A stretch of 64,000 nucleotides of DNA from Azolla caroliniana (taxonomy: Eukaryota; Plantae; Polypodiophyta): the NCBI GenBank assembly GCA_043228905.1, contig JBHGNT010000014.1, positions 19,034,001 through 19,098,000 on the forward strand, written 5' to 3'. Each line of letters opens with the position of its first letter. Positions within the stretch are counted from its first letter, which is position 1. Below, piece by piece: positions 36,515 through 49,172 of this stretch. The position numbers and the translations under genes were made by a program. Below the pieces are notes generated by a model. The model worked only from the letters and a program-made list of their open reading frames with translations, did no database searches and was not told the DNA's origin.

Positions 36515-39500
36515 CAGAACTTCTATTTCTTTTGCTTCTCTTTATTCATTTTGATATTCTGTTCTTGATTTTGTGCTTCACTGTAGCCGTACTCATTCTT
36601 TGTGAGTAAGCGAGTTGGAAAAATTTATCGTTTTTTCTTCTGTAGAGTAAGTGGGTCTGTGTTAAATCCCCCAAATGCCCTTGTTGAATCCCCTCGAGCA
36701 ATTATATGGACAATTCGTCTCCTTTCCTCTACACATGGAGGGAAGGGGCTTAACCAGGTGCATTTGAGGAAACTTGAGTATATCATAACCATTCTCTTCT
36801 TTCAATTGTCTAATTGAGCTTGGAATTATTTTTCCTATTATGTAGCCTGAGAGAGCTTTTATTTTATTTGCTGATTTTTTCTACTGTAACCAAGCTATGA
36901 ATGCAATTCAATTAGTTTGTTTTTCACTCCTGTTTCTGTTATAATCCAGCTCTGAAAAAACGTCAACTTATTTATTCAGATGTTCTTTACTATAGACTTG
37001 ATATGAAAAAGCTTCCATTTTTGTTTAATTTCTTGCTCTCCCTAACAGAGCTTCATTTATTTAATTAATTTGTGCTTATATATCGTAGAAAAACTATGAA
37101 AGGGTTTTGATTTGTTTATTTATTGCTCTGATTTAATCTAGTCAAGCTATGGAAGAGCGTCAGTTTTTGTTTATTAAATTTGGCTCTTCTTTCCTATATC
37201 TGAGCTCTGAAAGAAATTCAATTCTCATTTGCTTTTTCTGTGCTCTAAACGAGCTCTCAAAAAGCTTCGGTTTGTTGATTTGAAAATCCTGACAACCTAT
37301 TAATGAAGATCCAAACCTAAATCTAGTGTCACATGGGATGGAGAACATGTCCTTCTTGGGATGGTCCACGGAAGGGAATAGAGATGGAGGAATGAGGATT
37401 GAAACATGTAAAGAATCGATGGTGATTCTGTGCAACGGAATAGATTAGAGACGTGTGTTGTGTGTGTGTGTGTGCTTGAGAAGATGAGAGGAGAGAGACA
37501 CAAGATAGATAGAAAAAGAAAATAGAATACCCAAGAAGGTGTATATTACAAAGGAGATTAACCAACACATTACAAAGTAGGAGAGTGGTTTATATAGTCA
37601 CCCTCTCTCTTCATTAACTACAAAAGCTCATCAGTCATGGGGAATGGGGAAACTCATTAGTTATGTGTCTTAGAATATGATTCTATGACACATAGTTAAT
37701 GTGTAGAGAGTAGTGGTGTCACTTGTGACTTTTAACCTTTGAGTGTTCATACACTCTCAAGGGTGTGTTCACACACTAGACTAGGTTGAGCTTGATTCTC
37801 AACACGACCCCTCAAGCTCAACTTGGGTCGGCTCCTTTCGGTTGAAGTCCGCTTCGGTTGGTATCCGGTTTGGACGATGTCTGGTTTGTCCTCCCCCTTA
37901 AGCGAGGCAAGTCAGGGATTATTAGTCCAAGGTTTGACATGAATTGCCGAAGCTTGTTGGCTCCTTGGGCTTTGGTGAAGATGTCGGTTGTTTGAAGATT
38001 TGTGTTGATATATTGAAGTTCGACATCTCTAATGATAGTGCACTTCGATATGCTTCATGCGCTCGTGGAACACCGGGTTTCGAGCCAGATAAATACTGCT
38101 CATGTTGTCGCAGTAAAGGGGAGTCAAATCTTTGATGGGAACGCCTAGATCCTTCAATATCCTCTTGAGCCATACAACTTCACATGCAGCCACCGCTGCG
38201 CCCTTGTATTCGGCCTTTGTGCTCGAAAGAGCGACGACTGGTTGCTTCTTGCTACTCCAGGAGATGGCTCTGTTGTTGAGGGAGAAAACAAATTAGGAGG
38301 TCGATCTTTGATCGTCTCTATACCCAGCCCAGTCGGCATTTGTGTACCTTTCGAGTCCAATTGGCATTGCTATCTTGTAGAGGATGCCACAATCCATTGT
38401 GCTGCTCACGTATTGTAACACTTGCTTAACGCGATCCAAGTGAGTGTCAAGTGACTTTTGCATGAACTGGCTAAGGAGACGGACAATGTACCTGAGGTCG
38501 GGTCGAGAGATTGTGATATACAAGAGGCTCCCGATCAGTTGTCGATACTGAGTCAGCTCACACTTTGTGGTGCCGGAGTCGGTATCCAGTTTGAGGTTTC
38601 GATCGAGAGGGGTTGCCATAGATTTGTACTCAGTCATCCTGAACTTGTATAACAAGTTGAGGATGTAGTGCCGTTGGGAGATCATAATGCCGGCTGGAGT
38701 CCGAATTACCTCGATGCCAAGGAAGTAATGGAGCTCCTTCATGTCCGTCGTCTCGAATTTGTCGGAGAGGAGGAACTTGGCCTTGTTGATGTCGACTAGA
38801 TTTTCACCTCCAATGACTAGATCATCTACATATAGGATGCAATCAGACTTCCAAAATTGCTTCTTATGTAGAGGGAGTCGTCGGATTTCGACATTCGGAA
38901 ACTGATTCGATGAAGATACTGTGTTATCTTCGAATGCCAAGCATGTGGTGCTTGCTTAAGTTCGTAGAGTGGCTTCTTTAGTTGGTAGATTGCTTTGGGA
39001 TGGGTGCTCGATTCGAAGCTGGGTGTACACCTCCGCTTCTAAGTCACCTTGAAGAAAGGTGTTCTTGACGTCCATTTGATGGAGGTGCCATCCTCTCGCC
39101 GTTGCTAGTGCAATCATGGTTCAAACAGTCGTCATCTTTGCCACTGGGGCAAAGGTTTCTTCATAGTCGACGCATAGCCTTTTGCTACAAGTCGAGCTTT
39201 GTAGCGGTTGACGGAGCCGTCGGCATTATACTTCACATTGTAAATCTATCTGCAGTCGATCGCCTTTTTGTGTGGTGAATGGGGAACGAGATCCTATGTC
39301 TCGTTCTTGCATAGTGCCCCCATCTCCTCGTTCATTGCTTCGACCCATTGTGGATCCATGGCTGCCTTGGAAATTTTTTACGGTTCACGAGTTGTTGCCA
39401 CCTTTATCATAAAGGCATAGTGGTATGCCTTATAGTCGTTGTAGCTGAATTGGCTAATAGGATTCTTCTCACGGGTGGAGCGACGGAGTTTTTTCGTTTG

Positions 39501-42500
39501 CCGTGGCAATGGCTTTCTTTACACTAGGTGTCCTAATGATAGGTACATCGAAGCCACCAAACTCATTGGCGAATGAGTGAGTCGATTCATTGCCGTTGAA
39601 TTGATCGTCTTCATATTCTAGCATTTTCCCCTTGCCTTTGTCCATCTTCGGACTAGGCCAAGATGTGCTTTGGTCACTTGATGACTCTTGTGGCCCATTG
39701 AGCCTAGTCGTGATCGGACTTTCTTCGAACATATGACTCAGTTGATCTTCGTCTTCTATCTCTTGGTTGGCCAAGTTCGAGTCGACTGGGGTTGGAGTCG
39801 GAGTCGTCTCTAGTTTGTACTAGGATGTCGATTCGTCGAAAACGACGTCCTGACTCACTTGAACCTGCCAAGTAGAGGGGTTGAAGCATTTGTACCCCTT
39901 TTGCTCCAATGAGTATCCTACGAGGATGCATTTCTCCGACTTGGAATCTAGCTTTTGCCACTTCTCATTGGGGATGTGCACGTGAGCAAAATATCCTAAC
40001 ATAGGATAGATCCAGCTTCTTTCCATAATACTTCTCGTGAGGAGTGACCTCGTGCACTCCAGATGTGCACCGGTTCATGAGGTAGACGACGGTATTTGCA
40101 GCTTCTGCCCAATAAGAGTTGGGCATATGCTTCTCGTTGAGCATGGCCCATGCTACTTCGAGGATGTGCCGATTCTTACGTTTTAAGATTAAAATGTTGG
40201 TGAGAATACCCAATCTTTTAAGCAAGAACGTAACTAAGCCACTCATTACTGCGATCGAGGCACAATGTGTGAGGAATATGTTTATTAGGTAAGTGTAATG
40301 CATGTCGTCAGCTGAGATATTCGAACTCTCGCGGGGAAACCCCATGTACTTAACAGGCATACGCCTTAACCATTCGGCCGGTGTGTCTGCAAGTGAATTC
40401 TCGTCGAATTCCTTCTTGTCGAAGGTATGCCGTGAAAGCATCGAAGAAGTATTCCTTTCCTATGTCTGACCGAAGACATGGCGGCTAGTTGTCCTTTCGA
40501 CTTCGCTTTTGAATTATTGGAAGTGTGTAAACACTTCGCTCTTCATCCTCATGGGAAAGATCCATGTGTATCTACAGAAGTCGTTGACGAAGGAAACATA
40601 GTACCGACATCCTCCGAATGTGGCCGTCTGCGTTGGTCCCCACACATCCAAGTGGATCACATCTAGGAGGCCTTTGCTCATATCCAAGAAAGAGGGAGGA
40701 TTCTCCCTTGCTAGAACGGCGGTTCTCATCGTGCCAAACCGTGGTGTGAGACCACCGAGGCATATTTGCACCATCTCGTCATCATCCACATTGACGCTTA
40801 TTGAGCCGAGCGAATCACAAAGCTCCTTGATCTTCAAGGTGTAGCTTGTGATGGACATGTTCCTTTATTGGACATTGTTCAACTCTTGGCGGAGTTGAAG
40901 CTTTCTTGTGGTTGTGTTGGCTGCGAAAATCTTCCTTAGATTCTCCCATGCTTCCTTTGGTGTTGTGGCTTCTCGAATGTAGCCGAGCATGTGGTCATGA
41001 ACACATGTTGCCAAGCAATACATTACTCGACTCGTCGCTTGCTCCCATGTTGAGTAGTCAGTGTCCTTTGTGTCGAGTCGATTTTCTTGTGCTCCTTTGA
41101 CCTTGACCGACAAGGTATTGTTTCGGTCCAACTTCTCGCTAGGGAGAGCGCTCCCCATTTGAGTATTCATGGTGTTCGATGTAGATTTGTTCCGTCTTCT
41201 TCTCTCTTGAATATGAGCTATGTAGCGGCACTACGATAGCAATGAGCCAGATTTCTTTGAATCGTCGGCGTAGACACAACACACGGTAGTGGGCTAGATC
41301 GAGCTACCAAAGCGATCTGATACCATGTTAAGAATCCATGGTGATTCTGTGCATCGGAATAGATTAGAGATGTGTGTTGTGTGTGTGTGTGTGTTTCAGA
41401 AGAGGAGAGGAGAGACACAAGATAGATAGAAAAAGAAAATAGAATACTCAAGAAGAGAGATAAACCACAAGAGCAAGCTTCTTTTCCAGGTTTTTGAGAT
41501 TCAGAATTGATTTGTACAGTGGAATGTAGAAGAGTGCTTGAATGTTCACATTGAGGAAGTCAAGACAAATTTTTACTTGGTCACACTACAGGGCTTGTAA
41601 ATTAAGTGGAAGACACTGAAACATAGGCGAAAGTTTCAATGATCCTTGATATTGTGAACATTACAAGCAATGAGATGGTGAGGTCGAGACCTGCATTCAA
41701 ACACCTATATCTTATAGGGTGAGGAGTGCCAGCACTCTGATGCATGCACGTTCCTGCACATTGAAAATAGAAATGGGTGGCTGGCAGAATATCGAGGAGA
41801 AAAGTAGAATGTGTGATATATGCGCTCTCAAGCAGCTCTAGGCAGACACACTTTTGACACAGTGTGCCCGAAATTAGTGAGTTTTTTCATGAGTTGTCAC
41901 TTGAGTGCACCACATTTTGAAAGCTCTTCAGAGGATAATCTCTTCACTCACGAATTTGGTTATTTTTTTGCATAATTGCAAGACTGCTCTAGCAGAGCTC
42001 CATCTTACTCTTGGTGAATTTAACAACTAGATACAATTAGATGGTACATTCCATTTTCTATTTCGCTTCGTCTAGCTGCTAGTTAGATTTATTCAGTGAG
42101 TTCTATTTATTATTTTACTCAGTTCTGCTCTTATAATCCCCCATTAGTTCTGACAAGAGTACTTTGTCAAACCTTGGAGGTTCATTGGTCATTTTCAAGA
42201 TAATAGATCATCATCATCATCTCTCTCTCTCTCTCTATGTTTGTATGCATATTTCTGCTCCATATAAAATGAATTTTCTTCCTTCAGAGAAAGAACACTT
42301 GTCAGCAAGAAAGAATTTTGATTTTGTTATTTCCTTGCTTTTCTTTTGTTATGAACAATCTCTGAAAGAGCTTCAGTTTGTTTATTGTTGCTTTTGCTAG
42401 GGTTAAAGAGATTCAATTCGTTGTTTCTCTAATGCAATTGTGAAAATAGCTTGACTATGTTTTTTCTTGTTTTTGTTTCTCTCTCTGCAGACGCCTGGTG

Positions 42501-45500
42501 TTTGTTGTGACTGATCGAAGTCCAGAAAGCTATCTCTCTCTTCTTGAATCTTTAGGACAGCAACAGGTTTCCTGGTTTGTCATTCCTTACTATAGACTTT
42601 TTTTGCCAGGTTTAGCCAGATATTTAATCATTTGTCACATTTCCAAGTTCTTTATGTATACATATCTTTATAGTTCTAAATGAGTCTTGCTTGTCTAACT
42701 ATATTATATGATCTGTAATGTAATCTCATGTCCTGAGAGAAAATAATGTAAATACAATGCTACTGAATTGATTCAAAAAACATCTGATGGTTGCCCATAT
42801 TGATATATGGAGATTCCTTTTTTTGAAAGTTCAAGATTCTAGGTGTATTGGATGCTACATGGATCCTGATCCCCAGCTAGCAGAAAAACATGACACCACT
42901 AAGATAACATCCATGCTCATCAAATGGGCCCAGCCTTTCACTTGAGAATGTAACTGTATAATGCTAACTCGAGCATGAATAGGAACTTTCCCTAGTGACT
43001 GCATAGGAAATTGGATGAAACCCATTTGCAAAGGAGGTAACAAGAATGAAGTTCCCAATAACTGAACTGTTATGATATGATCCTTTCACATAATTCTTTG
43101 GTACAATCATTGAAAAGAAGAGCAATAAATGGGCAAATGAACATGGAAACAAAGCCATTGGTCAAGCTGATTTTAGTCCAAGTCACTCTACACCAAACTA
43201 TCTTGTCAGACTTCTATTCAGAATTGAGTATTGTGTGACCATAGATTTAAAAAAACCTTCTAACATATTCCCTTGAAGGGAAAGTATGGCAAAACTTGGC
43301 ATAATCTAAGAATATACGTGGAACGTTGTGAGACAAAACAAATCCTTGTTCGTTTTTCTTTGAGTTTCTCTTGCCATGATCATTGTGAGGTTTGGTCATC
43401 ACATCTTTAGATGTCTTAGATACTTAATTTATTGGTTATGAGTGGAGACTTACAATGGGGAATGACATAAATTGTTTCTAGCCAATGCATGATAAAGTTG
43501 ATGATTCTGCACTTTTTAACTTCAGTATTTTAGCGATGAATAGTGCAAAAATAGATTTTATGTTTATATGCATTTTTTTTATTGTTTGGGTTTACTTGTT
43601 ATTTCATACTATTCATGCTTTCTTTATATCGTCAGGTTACACTTCGTCGATTGTTTTAGTGACCCACTTGGATGGAGAAAGTTTTCAAGTAACCTACAAA
43701 CACCGGATATGCTTGAGAATGGCTCACTCTGTCAGAATTGCCACAATATTGATGATCTAAGTAATTTGCTGTCAGTGATCACCAGTTTAGGCCATGGTCA
43801 GTATATTGTTCGTTATTGATAAAATTTCCATAAATGCCGTGTGGAGGTGATTATTCAATCCATTTGACTATATTTGCTATAGTATATTTTGATGTGCAGC
43901 AACACCTGGGAGCACAAACGATGCACACTTCTCAGTTGTGATAGATTCGGTATATAACCTTATATCTTGTTCAACCTGGTTTCAGTTCTAACAAATTTGT
44001 TAAATCCGTTTGTAGCTTTTAAATTTTGTTTTTGAGATGTCGCAACTTTCTAACTCACTGCTACTAGCTAGTTCCATTTCCAGTTATCTATTGTCTGCTC
44101 TAGAAGGTGAGGTTCTCTCGGTAATGCTATTAAAAAAATGAACTTGTGTCCATAATCCGTATTTTCTTCCTTGAACGACTGACCTAGCTTCTCTTGACCG
44201 TATTTGTTACATGAGGATGATGATTTTGGCTACAGGTCTGCTGTAGCTGCTGATCTTTATTTTGAATAGTTCTGGAATCTTTTCAGATATAAAATAAATG
44301 TTCGTTGGTTCATTAAGTAGATGAATTTGATGTTGTCTTAAAGTTTGTGATCGATGTGTCTTCACGATAATGTGGCTTTTTGTTAAAAATTGTTGCCGGG
44401 TTTTGTCGATAATTTTAAGTAGTTTTTGACAGGCCTTAAACTACTGGCTCTAGCATTTTCTACACCAGCCTATGTTTTCATACTCTAGTTCTGGTATTTT
44501 CCACACATGTTTTCTGTTCAGTAACACTGATACAATTGATATTTCTCAAAAATCCCTCACTGCAGACCTTCCATGAACCATTTATTGAATATTGCTTGGA
44601 ATTGAGAAGATGAACTTGTAACTGGACGTCATTTAAACTGTACTGGTTGTGTGCTTATTACAGGTCAGTTCACTTCTCTGGCATAATTCTACATCTCATG
44701 TTGCTCAGTTTCTCAACAAACTTCGATCATATGGTTTGTACAATACTAGTATCCACTATCGTTTTTCCAAACATCAATATGATCTGTAATTTGATTGTCC
44801 TTGCAATTGATATTCAAAACATCAATTCCTCATTTTGGTGAAGTCCTATGTAGGAGGAGTTTCTTCGATTATATGGTTGTTACATTCTGGGCTTCATGAT
44901 ACAAGAATAGTGTTATCATTAGAGTATATAGCAACTATCATTGCTTCCATAGAACGGCATGATAATACAGTTTCATGGAATGGCAATCAAAATATGGACA
45001 ATATGCATATATTAAGAGTTCGACAAAAGCGTCGAAATGGAAGGATTAGAGAACTGGTATTCTAGAGAAAGTACATCATGAAATTCAGCCTTTCCCAATT
45101 GAAGCAGTATCTTATTTCTTTGTCATGTTCAACAGGTTGAGGATTTTTATGTAGAGAAATTTAAAGTGACTATTCATTCTAGGAAACCAGCATCTGAATC
45201 TGTGACAACGTCACTTCCACTGCAGGTATGCAAAATGTGGTATTTTTTTAGTTTAAGAATGTGAGATAGAACAATATCTTTTTCTACATATGAGACAATC
45301 CTTGTTTATACTAAATGGAGTAGCTTAGTAGTAGAGGCCTCAAATCTATCTGTTCTTTCCTACCTGATGATGTAAATTAATGAAAAACAACCTGCGAAAT
45401 ATGTCTTTGCATCGTTTCATATCCAGGAAGATTCCCTTTCAGCATATAATGGGGAAAGCAATGCATCCAAATCACAGTTGATTCCTTTAGGGAACAAAAA

Positions 45501-46146
45501 TATGATAGAAAACGAATGTGTTTACTCTTCAAATCTAGTTGTGCACATCTCTTGGTGGGATAACTTGTGTCATATGATCTTCTAAATGTGTGCAAAATCA
45601 TAATAAATTACCATTTAGGGATGTACAATATGCTAAGAAAATTTGACCATTATTTAAAATTATTCATCCTATTGATTTCATTAAATATGTTTGTGAAACG
45701 TATAAAAAAGAAAAATGGTTTCTGGTTTCTTTGCTTCCTTGACCTAGTAAGTGTCGTAAATCTCATAACATTAGGAACAGGTGCAATTCAAGTTGCAACT
45801 CTCAGATAAAGAGCGAAGTGATAGAGCTAGAGTAATCTTGCCATTTGAGCATCAAGGTGGGTGTTCACTATTTTGTTACTATTGAGCTTTGATAAAATAC
45901 AAGTGGGGTTGTCAGGAATACACTTTTTTGATCTTTTTGCTGTCAAAACACATTTTGCTTCCAGGAAATGGTAGAGAATCATTCATATACAATGGCAGAA
46001 TATCCTCTATGGTGGATAGCATTACAGCTAGCAAGGATTATACAAAAAAGGTTCCATCTGAAATGGGAGAGATTAATTATCTAAGGGATTCTGATGATGA
46101 AAGGCCAGATTCCGATGAAGATCCAGATGATGATTTAGATATCTGA
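36285..46146 (+). CDS. ELP5: Elongator complex subunit 5, 361 aa, 9 coding exons
   Basis: GT-AG exons 36285-36454, 42491-42574, 43636-43796, 43900-43949, 44664-44733, 44854-45056, 45136-45225, 45781-45856 and 45965-46146 are phase-consistent (1086 nt). Motifs '[22 protein letters not shown]', '[10 protein letters not shown]', 'VIDSVSSLL', 'KRRNGR', 'LPFEHQG' and '[22 protein letters not shown]' match plant ELP5 as I recall it. Confidence 0.93.
37407..41454 (-). mobile_element. Ty1/copia LTR retrotransposon (degenerate) in ELP5 intron 1, antisense to the host gene
   Basis: 3' LTR at 37407-37804 with PPT; truncated 5' LTR at 41326-~41454; PBS TGGTATCAGA (tRNA-iMet type) at 41316-41325; gag '[13 protein letters not shown]'; integrase 'IHLDVWGP', 'RKNRHILE'; RT 'ILYVDDLVI'; RNase H 'YTNADWAG...[20 protein letters not shown]'. 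Confidence 0.95.
40306..40379 (-). pseudogene. 5'-truncated copy of plant cytosolic tRNA-Ser(GCT); the anticodon now reads GTT
   Basis: Minus strand GGCCGAATGGTTAAGGCGTATGCCTGTTAAGTACATGGGGTTTCCCCGCGAGAGTTCGAATATCTCAGCTGACG has a D-arm, the long variable arm GGGGTTTCCCC and a T-arm. The 5' acceptor strand is missing. Confidence 0.85.
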
Positions 46147-46398
46147 GTGTTCATCCACATGTTAGCGAGAGATTTTAAAAATTATGTTGTGGAACAGTGT
46201 AATTTTATTTCCTTCTCTTCTTATTGAATCCCGTGTCGAGATGGTTGAGGAAGATCCATGTTAAGGATGCCTATTATAGGAATGGGAAATTGCATTCAGT
46301 ATCATGTAATGAGTGAAAAGATTTTGGTGTCACTCAATAATGTTTTTGTAATAATAGTTTGATTGCTAGGTATAGCCGTTAAGAATAGGAAATGGTTA

Positions 46399-47612
46399 TG
46401 AGCATAGTATGAGCATAGTATGAACCATACGTAGGAAAACGAATGTTATACTAGACGAACACGAATTTTACGTACTATGGTTATGAGTATCATGAATTGA
46501 ATGAACAGGTTTTGTTGCGTAAGGTTGTATATGACTTTCCGTGCCACTCAAAAGTGTTTTTGTAAGTATAGTTTGATTGCTAGGTGGCCCTCAAGAATGG
46601 GTAGTAGTATTAAGTATCATGAAATGAGCATCAAGGTTTTGTTGCATAAGGTCTCTGTGTCTTTCAATCTCACTCAAAAACTATTTTTGTATTGATTGTT
46701 TTGGTGCAACAGGCAAAATGTCAATGAAGAAAATCAGCTGAGTATTTTTTTCCAAAGAATAGCTGATTGTCTTTTTGCTTTGCACAAACATGTCAGTATA
46801 ATGAACCAAACATAGCAGAAGGGTAGTAGCTGAGAAGTTGTGAACCAAGGTTGGTAACAGAAAGAGATCACGCATGTACATATGCTCTCTACATATGCTC
46901 TCTACATATGCTCTCTAATTGGGTTTCCTATGTAGAAACATAAGAAAAGTAGACATGAGATCCAGAAAAGAAACTTTTGTTCTTATGACTGGTAGATGCT
47001 CAAAGTAGCTGAGAAGTTACGTTCTTATGTGACATTGAACCAAGAATAGTAACAAAAGCGATGACTTATATATATATATATATACAGAAAACATGAGAAA
47101 AGGAGATGATATTAGACACAAAACACAAACTTAAAAGAAAAGGAGACATTAGATACAAACAAGATAAAATCAAGTAGATGCTAAAAGTAGCTGAGAAGTT
47201 ATGTTCTTATATGAGATTGAACCAAGGATAGTAACAAAAGAGATCACACACACACATATATATAGAAAATATAGACAAATATTAAACACAAACATAAAGA
47301 AAAGGAGATGGATGTTAGACACAAAACACAAACTTAAAAGAAAAAATCAAGACTTATCCATAACATACAAGTAGACATTCAAATACAGACAACACTAAAT
47401 TTTATAGCATATCATGGTAAACTAGTTTGTTGGATTGCATCACGTCTGCGAAACATAGTACATAAATATACTCGAATGCATTGGAAAACAATTTTTTCAT
47501 ACGAATGCGTATGTTACCACAACATTCTTGAATACACAAGTATGGTCTTTATCACTCAAATGATTGAAACATTCTAGAATGCGAATGCACGTATGGTTCA
47601 TACTATGCTCAT
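46399..47612. mobile_element. MITE-family termini; related pieces at ~6232-6310 and ~24200-24332
   Basis: ATGAGCATAGTATGAACCATACGT at ~46409 is the exact reverse complement of ACGTATGGTTCATACTATGCTCAT at ~47589-47612. Tandem 'AGTAGCTGAGAAGTT' units lie between them. Confidence 0.5.
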
Positions 47613-49172
47613 GGTGAGAATTTTACATTGTCTGCAGGTATGAATTGGCCATCAAGTCCACGTATATCATTCACAGACCAAACTTCTTCACATTGTCTGG
47701 CCATATGATAGCAGCCATCAAGTTCAATTAAATTATAAACTGTAAACATTTTCTGGCCATAGTAAATATTTCAGCTCAATATCAGCCAATAGTAATTTGT
47801 GATTGCTAACAATTGGAACTTTACATTGTTAATGAACATATTAAATATCTCAGCTTAGGCATTCAATTACAAACCGTAAACTTTTCACAGACTAAATGAA
47901 GAGGCAATAGTAAATTTTCAGCTCCATATCAACTATCAAGTTCAACCAAATTAGCATTGTAAATAACTCAGTCTGAACTTTACATTGTCAGTGATCATAT
48001 TAGATATTTCGGCTTAGACATTCAATTACATCAAACTGTAACTTTCCACAGACTATTCACTACTGGATTAGCAAGCTAATGAAGGTTTAATGAGTTACAA
48101 TACCAATCTAAGTTAAAACATTCTTATGAGACACCACAACTGGGGGATATTGCGTAAGTTGAATCGAATAATCACCTATTACATTATATGCCAGTGAAAG
48201 AACTATCATGATTTGGTGCAATAGCATAGCTACACAACCTAATCTAAAACCTTTCTTTACTTATCCTTGAAGAAATGTATTTGGTTTGCTCTCACGGAAC
48301 AAAACCATAGCAGGTGAAGTTTGTAATAGAGCCTTCACTCACTCGGCACAATGTGTCCTTGCATATCAACCGTACCACCGAGGATTACTCTCCTCGGCTC
48401 TCAACAACCAAGAGTTTCTAAAGATCAATTCATATATTGAATAATCTATCCCTCTTGATGCAACTATGTGATCTATTGCCATATGCATGGTGTATACATC
48501 AAGATTTGATACGTTTCACTTACATGGAAAGTAAAAAGGCGTCGGCCCTTAAGCGTCTCTTCATATTAGCACAGAAGCTGCAAGACAACAACTAAACAAC
48601 GGCTATCATAAAGTCAGTCTCATTATTATTTTAAAATTTTAAAACTCAATGTTTTTTTGCAAGAAAGTGTGGGTCCCCAATTTCTATTAATGTCCACATA
48701 AAAAAAATGCACAAAACAGATGGGGCCAAAACCAATGAAGGCTGGATGTGTGCAGTTGTTCGTCCATCATATGCCCAGCAAGATATAGCTGCTCAATAAT
48801 ATGCCCAACCTAAAATGACAATGGTGTCAATAAATCAATAACTGTTTCTTTAAAACAACAAATCTAACCTATGTATTTTTTTATGACCTTCATTGTGTGA
48901 GCATTTTTGTTTTTGTTAAAAGAAACAGAAAAGACACATGTAAAGGAGGAAAAACAAACTTGTCTGACAGTGAAAAGCATACTGTAAGGATGGACCAAAA
49001 AAGTTAAATGTTTTATTTTAGGCAAAAAAAATTTACAAAACCCGAAGAAACTCAACAAATAAACTCTGTTTTCCAAAGACTGACCTTCATGTGGCTTCAA
49101 AATCGATGATTACAAGCCCCCTCTTGATTGTACAATGTTGGATAAAAGAAAAAATAAAATGAAAATGAAAAT

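Noticed and set aside
37950-38290. Apparent foreign insert after the Copia RT
   Set aside because: It translates as ordinary RNase H ([15 protein letters not shown]) after a premature stop.
40306-40387. Functional Asn-anticodon tRNA-Ser (codon-reassigning tRNA)
   Set aside because: The 5' acceptor strand is replaced by integrase sequence and the B-box C61 position is mutated, so it cannot form a mature tRNA.
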